A DNA stretch of 64,000 nt from Candidatus Latescibacterota bacterium (GTDB lineage Bacteria > Latescibacterota > UBA2968 > UBA8231). Below, in pieces: positions 18,759-28,080 of the stretch. Position numbers and translations under genes: made by a program. The notes below the pieces were generated by a model that saw nothing but the letters and a program-made list of their open reading frames with translations, had not been told where the DNA came from and did no database searches. Each line of letters opens with the position of its first letter. The stretch's first letter is position 1. The stretch spans positions 128,001-192,000 of the forward strand of contig OZ220090.1 in assembly GCA_964291625.2 (NCBI GenBank). The letters run 5' to 3'.

Positions 18759-19478
18759 TCAGCCCACCCCCAGCGCCACGCGGAACCCGTAGTCGGTCAG
18801 CTGCCGGTCGGGCAGGATCGCCGAGCGGTGGGCGCAGCGGGTAACCTTGACGGCGTGCCTCCACGAGCCGCCCCGCGAGGCGCGCCGCTGGCCGGCCTCC
18901 GCTCCGCGCGGGTTGCGCTCCGGCGAGACCGCGTAGTACCCGGCGTCGTACCAGTCGGAACACCACTCGTGGACGAGATCGCCCATGTTGTGCAGGCCGT
19001 AGCCGTTGGGCGGGTCCTGACCGACGCGGTCCGGCCGCTCCACCTCGTCACCGCGGTAGCGTGGGTCCATCCAGCAGGGAAGGCCGTCCCCCCAGGGGTA
19101 CTCCCGGTCCTCCATCCCGCCGCGGGAGGCCTTCTCGCGCTCGGCCTCCGTGGGCAGGCGGTAGCTCGCGCCCAGCCCGGCGGAGAGCCACTCGCAGTAG
19201 GCGACGGCGTCGAACCAGCTCACTGCCACGGCCGGCTGCTCCGGGTCGGCGAAGCGCCCGTCGTCCCAGGAGCGCGGCGGCGGCCGGCCGGAGGCGTCGA
19301 GGAAGATCTGGTACTCGGCGCGGGTCACGGGCCGCAGGGACAGGCGGAAGGCGTCGACCCACACGTCGTGGGGGGGTGCCTCGTTGGCGCGGCCCCGGTC
19401 GCACCCCATGCGGAACCAGCCCTCCGGGACCAGGGCCGTCTCCGGCGCCTCCGGAGAAACGCCCGGGGCGGCGTCCAC
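18759..19478 (-). CDS. Formylglycine-generating enzyme (SUMF1/EgtB/PvdO) family protein
   Basis: VSWFDAVAYCEWL, YRLPTEAE, NGYGLHNMGDLVHEWCSDWY, RGGSW, GFRV. Start inferred at GTG 19478. Confidence 0.85.
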   Translation of the reverse strand: MDAAPGVSPEAPETALVPEGWFRMGCDRGRANEAPPHDVWVDAFRLSLRPVTRAEYQIFLDASGRPPPRSWDDGRFADPEQPAVAVSWFDAVAYCEWLSAGLGASYRLPTEAEREKASRGGMEDREYPWGDGLPCWMDPRYRGDEVERPDRVGQDPPNGYGLHNMGDLVHEWCSDWYDAGYYAVSPERNPRGAEAGQRRASRGGSWRHAVKVTRCAHRSAILPDRQLTDYGFRVALGVG

Positions 19479-19486
19479 CGGTTGGC

Positions 19487-20353
19487 TCAGGAGCGCTCCG
19501 GCACGCCCGCGCTCTCGACGATGCCCACCCATTCCTCCGCGGACCCGCAGACCGAGGCCGGGTCCCGCCGGCTGCGGGCGATGAACCCGGGGACGCCCTC
19601 CCGCCCCGTGGGCAGGTCCGGGTGCGAGTAGCGCAGGTCCAGGCTCCAGCGGATGTGGTCGGAGACGTTCGGCTGCGAGCGGTGCATCGTCGTGTGCTGG
19701 ATCAGCAGCACCCCCCCGGTGCGCACCGGGCACGGGACGTGCTCGCCCGGGGGCAGCTCCTCGTCGACGACGCCCTTGAAGTTGCCCGCCGGCCCCATGC
19801 CCCTCTGGTGCTCGATCAGCTCCGAGCGGTGGCTGCCGGCGATCACCTCGAGGCAGCCGTTCTCCAGGGTGGCGTCCACGAGGGGGATCCAGAAGTTGAC
19901 CATGAAGGTCTCCGCCGCCGTGGGCTCCAGGTATCCCAGGTCCTGGTGCCAGGGCACGACCCCCTCGTCCTCGGCCGGCCTCTTGGCGCGGATGTTGAAC
20001 TGGGGATGGGCGAGGATCTCGGGGCCGATGACGGACTCGACCATGTCGAGGAGGGCCTCGCAGGTGTAGACCCGGAACATCCCCGGCGAGCGCATCTTGC
20101 CGCGGCCCAGGGCCAGCAGGGGCTCCGGGTCGTCGAGGTCCAGCGCCAGCCGGTGGAAGCGGCGCTCGAAGGGCTCGTCCTCGTGGGCATCGGCGATGCG
20201 GCCGTCGGCCAGGGCCTGGCGGGCGAAGGCGTCGACGGCCTCCTCCACCTCGGCGCGCAGGAGGTCGAAGACGGCCGGGTCGAGGGCGTCCTCCACGAGC
20301 AGGTAGCCCTGCTCCCGGTAGAAGTCGAGCTGGTGCGGGGTCAGTCCGGACAT
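19487..20353 (-). CDS. Phytanoyl-CoA dioxygenase (PhyH) family protein
   Basis: FYREQGYL, PWHQD, WIPLVDATLENGCL, HRSQPN..R. Confidence 0.9.
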   Translation of the reverse strand: MSGLTPHQLDFYREQGYLLVEDALDPAVFDLLRAEVEEAVDAFARQALADGRIADAHEDEPFERRFHRLALDLDDPEPLLALGRGKMRSPGMFRVYTCEALLDMVESVIGPEILAHPQFNIRAKRPAEDEGVVPWHQDLGYLEPTAAETFMVNFWIPLVDATLENGCLEVIAGSHRSELIEHQRGMGPAGNFKGVVDEELPPGEHVPCPVRTGGVLLIQHTTMHRSQPNVSDHIRWSLDLRYSHPDLPTGREGVPGFIARSRRDPASVCGSAEEWVGIVESAGVPERS

Positions 20354-20359
20354 TGTCGC

Positions 20360-20836
20360 TTATCCCTCCTGGGGGCCCGCCGGCGACGGGGCCCCCTTCC
20401 TCAGGGCCACGTACACACCGTTGAAAGAAGCCATCCTGCGGCCGTCCCGCCGCACCTCCACGGCCAGCTCCAGCCGCCCCCGGCCGGCGCGCAGGTCGGC
20501 GCCGAAGCGGTCCCACTCGCCGGCGCCGGGCGACGGGCACCAGGCTTCGAAGTCGCCGTCGATGGGGTGGTCGTAGTCGATGCGCCCCCGGCGGATGACG
20601 AGGGTGGCCGCGAAGGGCCACTCGGCGAGGCGGGCGTGGATCAGGGTCCAGCCGGCGAGCATGGCCAGGGCCGAGGCGCTGCCGGCGAAGACGGTGCCCA
20701 CGTGGTTGATGTTGGGGGCCAGGGGCGCGGCCAGAACCACGCCCTCCGCATCGCAGCCGGTGACCCTCACCCGCATCTGCCGAGTCAGCGGCACGTGCTC
20801 GTGGAGGAAGGTCTCGGCGTGGGCGGCGCCGATCAC
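20360..20836 (-). CDS. YiiD C-terminal-type hotdog thioesterase
   Basis: APLAPNINHVGTVFAGS, IDYDHPI. GTG 20836 overlaps the upstream stop. Confidence 0.85.
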   Translation of the reverse strand: MIGAAHAETFLHEHVPLTRQMRVRVTGCDAEGVVLAAPLAPNINHVGTVFAGSASALAMLAGWTLIHARLAEWPFAATLVIRRGRIDYDHPIDGDFEAWCPSPGAGEWDRFGADLRAGRGRLELAVEVRRDGRRMASFNGVYVALRKGAPSPAGPQEG

Positions 20837-21828
20837 GGGTCGGAGGCCGCCAGGTGCCGCTGCCGCGGATGGTCCAGCACCTCGGGGTTGAGCAGGTGGG
20901 GCGGCACCCGGCCCTCGAGGGCGTCGATCACCTGGGTCACGGTGCGGCGGTCGAGGCGGGCCGTCGACTGGGCGGTGATGCCGGCGTTGTGGTTGGTGGC
21001 GATCACCCTCGGGTGATCGCGGTGGATCTCGCGGCCGTCGCGCACCGGGTCGTCGATGACGTAGTAGTAGAGGTGGCCGGCGTCGAGCGCGCGCCTCACG
21101 TCGGCGTCGACCACGAGGTTGCCCCGCGACGGGTTGAGGAGCGTGGCGTGGGGTGGCATCTGGCGCAGCTCCTCGAAGGTGACCACGGGCCGGTCGCCGG
21201 CCAGGTGCAGGGAGACGGCGTCGCTGCGCCGGAACAGCTCCCGGGGATCGTCGACGGCCTCGGCGCCGTGGCGGGCGGCGAGGTCGCCGATGTCGTCGCG
21301 CACGTCGTAGACCAGCAGCCTCCCCTCGGGGCCGAGGAGGGGCCGGGCGCGCTCGGCCACGGCCTGCCCGATGCGGCCGAACCCGTAGAGGCCGAGGGTG
21401 GTGCCGGCGGCCTCGTAGGTGACCATGAGGGCCTGATCGCCGGCGTGGGCGTTGCGGTTGATGGTGTAGAGGCGCTTGAGGGTGGCCAGCCACTGGGCGA
21501 TGGTGTACTCGGCCACCGTCTGCATGTGCTCGGGGGCGCAGGTCACGAGGATGCCGCGCTCGGTGCACAGGTCGATGTGGACCTTCTCGAAGCCGACGCC
21601 GTAGCGGGCCACGTGGCGCAGCCCGGGGCTGGCGTCGTAGAACCCGGGGTGGATCCACAGGGAGCTGGCGATGACGGCGGCCACGTCGGGGCCGCCGCCC
21701 TCCGTGTCGAGCTCGCCGTCGTAGGGTTCGACCTCGCCGAAGGAGGAGAGCCGTTGGAGGGCGTCGCGCCGAACCTGCGAGTCGAAGTCGGGACGGAAGA
21801 AGTCGGACTTGACGAGGAATCGAGGCAT
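20833..21828 (-). CDS. D-isomer-specific 2-hydroxyacid dehydrogenase family protein
   Basis: RYGVGFEKV, GLYGFGRIG, NPSRG, NHNAG. ATG 21828. Confidence 0.85.
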   Translation of the reverse strand: MPRFLVKSDFFRPDFDSQVRRDALQRLSSFGEVEPYDGELDTEGGGPDVAAVIASSLWIHPGFYDASPGLRHVARYGVGFEKVHIDLCTERGILVTCAPEHMQTVAEYTIAQWLATLKRLYTINRNAHAGDQALMVTYEAAGTTLGLYGFGRIGQAVAERARPLLGPEGRLLVYDVRDDIGDLAARHGAEAVDDPRELFRRSDAVSLHLAGDRPVVTFEELRQMPPHATLLNPSRGNLVVDADVRRALDAGHLYYYVIDDPVRDGREIHRDHPRVIATNHNAGITAQSTARLDRRTVTQVIDALEGRVPPHLLNPEVLDHPRQRHLAASDP

Positions 21829-21857
21829 GGCTCCAAAGATAGGGGCTGGGGGGCGGG

Positions 21858-23291
21858 TCAGGCCCCGATGGGCGGACGGCGTCCGGACCAGGGACGGGCC
21901 GCTTCCAGCTGCGACGCCAGCCGGAAGAGGATGTCCTCGCCCCCGTAGGGCGCCGCGAGCTGCACGCCGATGGGCAGGCCTTCCTCGTTCCAGTGCAGGG
22001 GGACGGAGGCCGCCGGCACGCCGGCGCAGTTGCAGATCGGCGTGAAGGCGACGAAGGAGAGGACGTACTCCAGGGCCTCGTCGGGATCGGTCTCCAGCGA
22101 CGGCTCCAGCCTCCCCAGCAGTTCCGGCGGCCGTCCGAGGGTCGGCGTGAGCCAGATGTCGGTCTCCGCGAAGAACGCCGCCAGGCGCCGGCCCACGGCC
22201 TGGGTGACCTCCACGGCCTGCAGGTAGCGGGAGGCGCTCAGGCCGGCGCCGCGCTCGTAGAGCCGCCAGGTGGCCGGATCGTACTTCGCCGGCGACGGGG
22301 CGACGCCGAAGTGCCGCTCGATGCCGTCGAGGGAGGCGGCCACGCCGGCGGCGAACATGGCGATGAAGGCCTCCTCGAAGGGGGGGTAGTCGAACTCCGG
22401 CGAGCCCTCGTCCACCTCGTGCCCCAGGTCCCGGCACAGGGCCGCCGTCTCCTCCACGGCGCGGGCGCAGTCCGGGTGCACCGCCGATCCGCGGAGCGCC
22501 TCGGCGGTCCACGCGATGCGCAGCCTCCCGGGATCGGCCCCCACCTCCTCGGCGTAGGGCCGCCGCGGCGGCGGCGCCCACCAGGGGTCGCCGGGCACCC
22601 CGCCGGCGATGGCGTCGAGGAGCACGGCGCTGTCCCTCACCGAGCGCGTCAGGGCGTGATTGACGGACAACCCCTGGTCCCCGGCGCCGGGAGCCGTGGT
22701 CGCCCGGGCCCGCGTCGGCTTGAGTCCGAAGAGGCCGCAGCAGGAGGCGGGGATGCGGATCGAGCCGCCGCCGTCGTTGCCGTGGGCGGCGGCCACCATC
22801 CCCGAGGCCACGGCCGCCGCCGAGCCGCCGCTGGAGCCGCCCGCGGAGCGCTCGGGATCCCAGGGGTTGCGGGTCGGTCCGAAGAGGCTGGGCTCGGTCG
22901 TCGCCGAGGCGCCCAGCTCCGGGGTGTTCGTGCGGCCGATGAAGACCAGCCCCGCGGCGCGCAGCCGCTCCACCAGGACGTCGTCGAAGTCGGGCGCGAA
23001 GTCGCCGAGCACCGCGGCCCCGGAGGTACGGCGAACCCCGGCCAGGGCCGCTCCCAGATCCTTCAGCAGGTAGGGCACGCCCTTCAGGGGGCCCTCGGGC
23101 AGGGGGCCCCTGGCCGCCTCGCGGGCGCTGTCGAAGAGGGGGGTGACCACGGCGTTGAGGGCGGGGTTCAGCGCCTCCACGCGGGCGATGGCGGCGTCCA
23201 CCAGCTCCAGGGGCGTCACCTCGCCGGAGCGGACCAGGGCGGCTTGCGCCGTGGCGTCCAGCCAGGCCGGATCGATTCCGTCCGCCGCCAT
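21858..23291 (-). CDS. Amidase signature family enzyme
   Basis: [34 protein letters not shown]. Confidence 0.92.
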   Translation of the reverse strand: MAADGIDPAWLDATAQAALVRSGEVTPLELVDAAIARVEALNPALNAVVTPLFDSAREAARGPLPEGPLKGVPYLLKDLGAALAGVRRTSGAAVLGDFAPDFDDVLVERLRAAGLVFIGRTNTPELGASATTEPSLFGPTRNPWDPERSAGGSSGGSAAAVASGMVAAAHGNDGGGSIRIPASCCGLFGLKPTRARATTAPGAGDQGLSVNHALTRSVRDSAVLLDAIAGGVPGDPWWAPPPRRPYAEEVGADPGRLRIAWTAEALRGSAVHPDCARAVEETAALCRDLGHEVDEGSPEFDYPPFEEAFIAMFAAGVAASLDGIERHFGVAPSPAKYDPATWRLYERGAGLSASRYLQAVEVTQAVGRRLAAFFAETDIWLTPTLGRPPELLGRLEPSLETDPDEALEYVLSFVAFTPICNCAGVPAASVPLHWNEEGLPIGVQLAAPYGGEDILFRLASQLEAARPWSGRRPPIGA

Positions 23292-23293
23292 CG

Positions 23294-26005
23294 TCACTCC
23301 GGGTTCACCCGGATCTCGTCGGCGAAGAGCCACGCCGGGGCGCCGGCGCCGGGATGCCACGACGGGCCCCGTCCCATGGTGCGGGCCCGCACCCGCACGA
23401 AGCGGGCGTGGTCGGCGGGGGCCCTGGCGACCAGCTCCTCCACCCGGGGGCCGCGGGCGCGGTCGTCGACCGCGTGGTCGGCGGTGGCGAAGGGCCGGAA
23501 GGTCCTGCCGTCGTCGGAGAGGTTGACCTCCATGACCCGGGGCAGCCAGATCCAGGCGGACGTGCTCTGCAGGAAACGGCAGGCCACGGCCTCGACCTCC
23601 ACCGGCTCGCCGAGGTCGACGACGGCGTGCAGGTCGACGCCCTCGAAGCCCTGCCAGCGGCCGTCGTCGAAGAACCCGGAGCCGAGGATGCCGTCGGTCA
23701 GCGCCTCGGGGCCGCCCGCCGGGTAGCGCCCGGAGTGGGGATGGGCCAGGTCGACGAACCGGCCCAGGGCGGCGTGGTGATGCAGGTCGAGCCCGGTCCG
23801 GGCGAGGACGACGCCGTCGTCGACGAGGGCCACCCGCACCTGGGTGGGCCCCCGCGTCGTCAGCGGGTGGGCGTACACCGGGTCCCGCGCCGTGGCCTCG
23901 CGCCCGTCGAGACGCAGGTGGACCTCGCCCTCCGGGACCACCGACTCCACCGAGATCCAGTGGCCGGTGGGTGTGGCGCTGGTGAGGATGCGGGGCGAGA
24001 TGTCCTGGTACTCCACCAGGTCGAGCCAGGCCGTGCCCGCCGTGGCCAGGCCGAGGTCGAGGGGGGCCCGCCTGGCGCCGCCGCTGGTGGCGTCGAGATG
24101 GTAGCGGGTCCAGCGGCCGCCGAGCCGGAAGTCGGCCGAGTCGCCCCCGGCGTGGGACCACAGGCGCAGGACCGGCGCCGTGCCCTCCGGGGCCCGCGCC
24201 CAGACGGAGAGCCGGTAGGTCCGTGCCGGCACGACGGTGGGCGCGTAGGGCCGCACACGGACACCCTGACCGGGGCCGGGCGAGACCAGGCGCAGGGAAC
24301 GCCGGCCGTGGTGGGCCAGGCGCCCGTCGACGAAGGCGGTGGCTCCGCGGCCGTCGCCGACGCGGGCGTAGATGGCGGCCGGCACGGCCGGCGACGCGTC
24401 CCACTCGAAGCTCGGGTCGACGATGTGGTTGAGGACGCTCAGCGGCGCCGGCGCCGGCCCCCGCAGGCGGTAGAGGCGGACGCCGTAGGCGTCGATGAAG
24501 TCCTCGAGCTTCAGGTCCCGCGCCCCGGGTGCGTCCCGGCCGCGCCGCAGCAGGCCGGTGACCATTCCCAGGGGCCGCCCCAGCAGGCGGATCCCGCGGG
24601 GGCGCGACACCTTGCGCAGCGGCACGACGCGGTCCTCGTAGAGGACGTCCGCCTCCACGGCCTCCGTCTCCGCCCCCGGCAGCAGCAGCTCGAAGGGGAG
24701 GGGCTGGTTGCGGGTGTTGACCGCGGCGATCACGGTCTCGCCGCCGTGGCGCCAGGCCGCGGCGCGCACCCCTTCCTGCGGCGACAGGGCGAGGGGCCGC
24801 GGCTCCCGGGAGAGCAGGTGCGGCGCCAGGGCCTGCACCTCCAGGGCGGCGCGGCCGGCGGCGGCCCAGGTCGCCGGCGACTTGGGGAACCCGCTCAGAC
24901 CGTGGCGGATGAAGTACTGCACCCCCGTGGCCCCCTCGACGAGGGCCAGCCACGTCATCAGGCGCAGCTCCCGCGCCGTGGGCTCGCGGGTCCAGTGCTC
25001 GCCGCCGCCGAAGGCCTGGCCCACCAGCCACACGGGGGTCCGCGGTCCCAGCCCCTGGAGCGCCGCGGCCACCGCCGGTCCCACCGTCGCCGGGGGCGCG
25101 TTGGGGATCGGGTAGGGATCGATCATGGCCACGTCCACCGCCGCCGCGAACGGCTGCCCGGCCCCGGCGTTGAGGAAGACCATGGTCACCGGGTGGTAGG
25201 GGTCCAGCTCCCGCACCCGGTCGTAGAGGCGCTGCATCGTCTCGGGGTCGACGCCCCGGAGGCCGGGCTCGTCGGCGATGTACCAGGCCAGCAGCGCCGG
25301 GTGGTCGCGCACGGCCTCGATCTCGGTCCGCAGCCACTCGTCTCGCTGCTCCGGGGGGATCTCCCGGCCGGAGCCGCTGTACACGCCACCGCCGCCGGAG
25401 ACGTCGAGCAGCTGGTAGTGGACCTTCATCCCCAGGGCGGCGGCGCGGTCGAGGTAGGCGATGCGCTCGCCGAGGGAGCCCGGGTCGTTGGGCTGGTAGG
25501 GGCTCATGAGGTTGAAGCCCCGCACCGCCTCCTCGGCGGCCAGGGTCGGCTGCACCGGCCAGTAGCAGTAGAAGCCGAAGGGGAACCAGGGCAGGCCGCC
25601 GACGCGGAGGCCGCCGCCGAGGCGGTCGACCTGCACGGCGTTGGCCCTCGGCGGCAGCCGCGTCACCACGGCCCTGGCGCGGCCGGCCTCCTGACCGCCG
25701 GAGCGCAGGCGGCAGGTCAGCTCGGTGTCGCCGGTCGGCAGGGACTCCAGCGGGAACGCCACCCACGGCCGCCGGCCCTGAACGACGGGGGCTCCGCGCG
25801 CCAGGACCCGCTCCCCGGCCAGCACGTCGGCCCGCAGTTCCGCGTCTTCGGGGACCGCCGGCAGGCCGGTCAGCACCAGCCGTCCCTCGGCTTCCTCCAT
25901 GTAGTAGGAGAGGGCGGAGACCGCCTCGAGGGCCGCCGCCGGCGCCGCTGCCGCCAGGGCCAGGAGGAGCCCGAGGACGGCGCCCTTTCCGGGGATCCCT
26001 CTCAC
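23294..26005 (-). CDS. Secreted glycoside-hydrolase-like protein with CBM-like and C-terminal discoidin (F5/8C)-like domains
   Basis: Signal peptide from GTG 26005. HPALLAWYIADEP, DPYP TIM-barrel motifs. C-terminal ALTDG...WQGF...DLG...WLFADEI. Confidence 0.7.
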   Translation of the reverse strand: MRGIPGKGAVLGLLLALAAAAPAAALEAVSALSYYMEEAEGRLVLTGLPAVPEDAELRADVLAGERVLARGAPVVQGRRPWVAFPLESLPTGDTELTCRLRSGGQEAGRARAVVTRLPPRANAVQVDRLGGGLRVGGLPWFPFGFYCYWPVQPTLAAEEAVRGFNLMSPYQPNDPGSLGERIAYLDRAAALGMKVHYQLLDVSGGGGVYSGSGREIPPEQRDEWLRTEIEAVRDHPALLAWYIADEPGLRGVDPETMQRLYDRVRELDPYHPVTMVFLNAGAGQPFAAAVDVAMIDPYPIPNAPPATVGPAVAAALQGLGPRTPVWLVGQAFGGGEHWTREPTARELRLMTWLALVEGATGVQYFIRHGLSGFPKSPATWAAAGRAALEVQALAPHLLSREPRPLALSPQEGVRAAAWRHGGETVIAAVNTRNQPLPFELLLPGAETEAVEADVLYEDRVVPLRKVSRPRGIRLLGRPLGMVTGLLRRGRDAPGARDLKLEDFIDAYGVRLYRLRGPAPAPLSVLNHIVDPSFEWDASPAVPAAIYARVGDGRGATAFVDGRLAHHGRRSLRLVSPGPGQGVRVRPYAPTVVPARTYRLSVWARAPEGTAPVLRLWSHAGGDSADFRLGGRWTRYHLDATSGGARRAPLDLGLATAGTAWLDLVEYQDISPRILTSATPTGHWISVESVVPEGEVHLRLDGREATARDPVYAHPLTTRGPTQVRVALVDDGVVLARTGLDLHHHAALGRFVDLAHPHSGRYPAGGPEALTDGILGSGFFDDGRWQGFEGVDLHAVVDLGEPVEVEAVACRFLQSTSAWIWLPRVMEVNLSDDGRTFRPFATADHAVDDRARGPRVEELVARAPADHARFVRVRARTMGRGPSWHPGAGAPAWLFADEIRVNPE

Positions 26006-26187
26006 GGGGCGGCGCACCTCGGGGCCGCTGGCTTCGCCGCGCTCGTCAACGCCGGGGCGAGGCCGGGCGGCCCCCTTCCCTCGGATGGCTCTCACGGGGC
26101 GGCGCACCTCGGGGCGGCCGGCGCCGCCGCGTTGGTCAACGCCAGGGCGGGGCCGAGGGCCGCAACCCTCCTCCAGGCGGCTCTCAC
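25930..26187 (-). repeat. Degenerate ~90-bp tandem copies of the 5' end of the downstream gene
   Basis: GTGAGAG unit starts at 26187, 26095 and 26005. ctcacggggcggcgcacctcggggc occurs at 26001 and 26091. Confidence 0.75.
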
Positions 26188-26198
26188 GGCATCGACCC

Positions 26199-27263
26199 TC
26201 AGGGCGCGGGAGCCCCCGCCCCGGCGGGCAGCTCGGGCCTGTGCTGGTACCCGGGCTCCCGCTTCTGGCGCTTCTGGATGGCGGCGATCTCCCGCCAGGT
26301 GGCGATCAGGCCCCGGGGGCAGGGGGGCAGGTCGTGGCGGATGGCGCGGTGCAGCCGGCCCAGGCGGTAGCAGGGCACGGCGGCGTACATGTGGTGCTCG
26401 ATGTGGTAGTTCATGTGCCAGTAGAGGAAGCGCACTACCGGGTTGAGCAGGAAGGTGCGCGAGTTCAGGCGGAAGTCGGGGATCTCGTCGCTGAGGCCGA
26501 TGTGCTGGCTGCTGTTGCACAGCAGGAACAGCCAGCGGCCGTAGAAGGAGGCGAAGGTGAGCAGCAGCGGCAGCTGCCACCAGCCCATGTAGAGGGACCC
26601 GCCGAGGATCGCCGCGTGGCCGCCGAGCAGCACCCGGTCCCAGCGGAACAGGCGCCGCCGCTTCTCCACCTCCTCCGGCGGGAAGAGGACCGCCTCCCAC
26701 CCGGGGTTGGTCTGCCCGAGGACACCGCGGCGGAAGACCCCGCGGATCCGGTGCCAGGCGCCCCAGAAGTCGACCACGGCGCCGCGCAGGTAGCCCTTCA
26801 GGGTCATGTACACGGGCAGCACCACCTCGCCGTCCTCGGGCGGGTAGAGGGTGTACTTGTGGTGCTCGGAGTGGCTGGCCCAGAACTGCACGGGGTTGTA
26901 CCAGCCGAGGAAGCTGAGCACGTGCAGGAAGAAGAGGTTGAGCCACTTCGTGCGGAAGACGGAGCTGTGGCACAGCTCGTGGAAGCCGTTGATGATGAAG
27001 TTGTAGCCCGTGCCGTGGACGAAGACGGCGAGGACGACCCAGGGCCAGGACAGGTGCAGGGAGGCGTACCACGCCGCCGCGCCGGTGGCGGTCAGGGTGC
27101 CCAGGAAGCCGAGGGTCTGGGCCAGGCCCAGCAGGTCGCTGCGGCGGTTCAGGTCGGCCAGGAGCTGCCGGTCGAGGCGGGTCCGGTACCAGGGGATGCG
27201 GCGCTTCGTCTGACGCTCCTCGGGCGCCAGGACGAGGTCGGCCGCGGCAGGCTTCACGCCCAT
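26199..27263 (-). CDS. Fatty acid desaturase family protein
   Basis: His boxes HELCH, HSEHH, HIEHH, plus TM segments. Confidence 0.88.
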   Translation of the reverse strand: MGVKPAAADLVLAPEERQTKRRIPWYRTRLDRQLLADLNRRSDLLGLAQTLGFLGTLTATGAAAWYASLHLSWPWVVLAVFVHGTGYNFIINGFHELCHSSVFRTKWLNLFFLHVLSFLGWYNPVQFWASHSEHHKYTLYPPEDGEVVLPVYMTLKGYLRGAVVDFWGAWHRIRGVFRRGVLGQTNPGWEAVLFPPEEVEKRRRLFRWDRVLLGGHAAILGGSLYMGWWQLPLLLTFASFYGRWLFLLCNSSQHIGLSDEIPDFRLNSRTFLLNPVVRFLYWHMNYHIEHHMYAAVPCYRLGRLHRAIRHDLPPCPRGLIATWREIAAIQKRQKREPGYQHRPELPAGAGAPAP

Positions 27264-28075
27264 ACGAAGATCTCCTCCTCGTCGTCGGAGGTGGCGAAGA
27301 ACATGGCGAGCACCGCCCGGGGCCGGTCGCCGACCACGGGGGGCACCTCGTGGATGTTCTCGGAGAAGAAGAAGTAGAGGTCCCCCGGCTCGAGGTTCAC
27401 CTGGGCGCGCTCGATGCCGTTGGCGGCCACGTGCTCGGGGAACCGCCGTGCCGCCATCACCGGCTGCAGCTCCGGGGTCCAGGCACAGTTGTAGAGGAAG
27501 GGCTCGCCCGTCTCCTCGTCCCCCTCCGAGTTCTGGAAGCAGAGGACCCCCGCGAACTGCCGGTCGAAGCGCGACACGGCGTACTCCACCGCCTTGGTGC
27601 GTTTGGCCACCGAGTCGAAGTGGGGCCCGTGGCCGACCTCGGCGTGGTAGATGCGGAAGATGGCGGGGCCGTACTCGCGGCCGTCGGGCTCGCGCGCCGT
27701 CATCACCCGCTTCTCCGGCGCCAGCTCCGCCAGGGCCCGGTACATGGTGCGCACCGGGTCCTCGTAGCCGTCGAAGAGGGTGGAGAACAGCTCCCGCGTC
27801 TGCCGCGAGTGCTCGAAGAACTTCCCGGGGTCGGAGCGGTAGCGGCCGAAGCTGGTGCCGATATCGACGCGCGGCACCCTGCCCTCGCCGCTCCGCCCGG
27901 GGTCGTAGAGCAGGCCGCGCTCGCGGAAGCGCTCCATGAGGGCGCCGCAGTGGTCGGCGGGAAAGGCGCCGCGCAGCACGAGGGCGGGGACCTCGCCCCG
28001 CGCCAGGGCGTCGAGGGGGCGGGGGAAGCGGTTGCGGATCTCCCCGGTCGTGCCCTCCACCGGGGTCCAGGTCAT
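27254..28075 (-). CDS. 2OG-Fe(II) oxygenase-like protein
   Basis: HFD ... PGDLYFF..NIHEV ... R motif. ATG 28075. Confidence 0.6.
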   Translation of the reverse strand: MTWTPVEGTTGEIRNRFPRPLDALARGEVPALVLRGAFPADHCGALMERFRERGLLYDPGRSGEGRVPRVDIGTSFGRYRSDPGKFFEHSRQTRELFSTLFDGYEDPVRTMYRALAELAPEKRVMTAREPDGREYGPAIFRIYHAEVGHGPHFDSVAKRTKAVEYAVSRFDRQFAGVLCFQNSEGDEETGEPFLYNCAWTPELQPVMAARRFPEHVAANGIERAQVNLEPGDLYFFFSENIHEVPPVVGDRPRAVLAMFFATSDDEEEIFVWA

Positions 28076-28080
28076 CGTCG

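Noticed and set aside
16552-18769. 9-bp direct repeat agcccaccc flanking the DUF5131-TcmP insert
   Set aside because: Too short and GC-rich to distinguish from chance, and no transposase or terminal inverted repeats.
18759-19478. FGE-type (CLec-fold) gene as a diversity-generating retroelement target
   Set aside because: No reverse transcriptase and no template repeat of its 3' end seen in the window.
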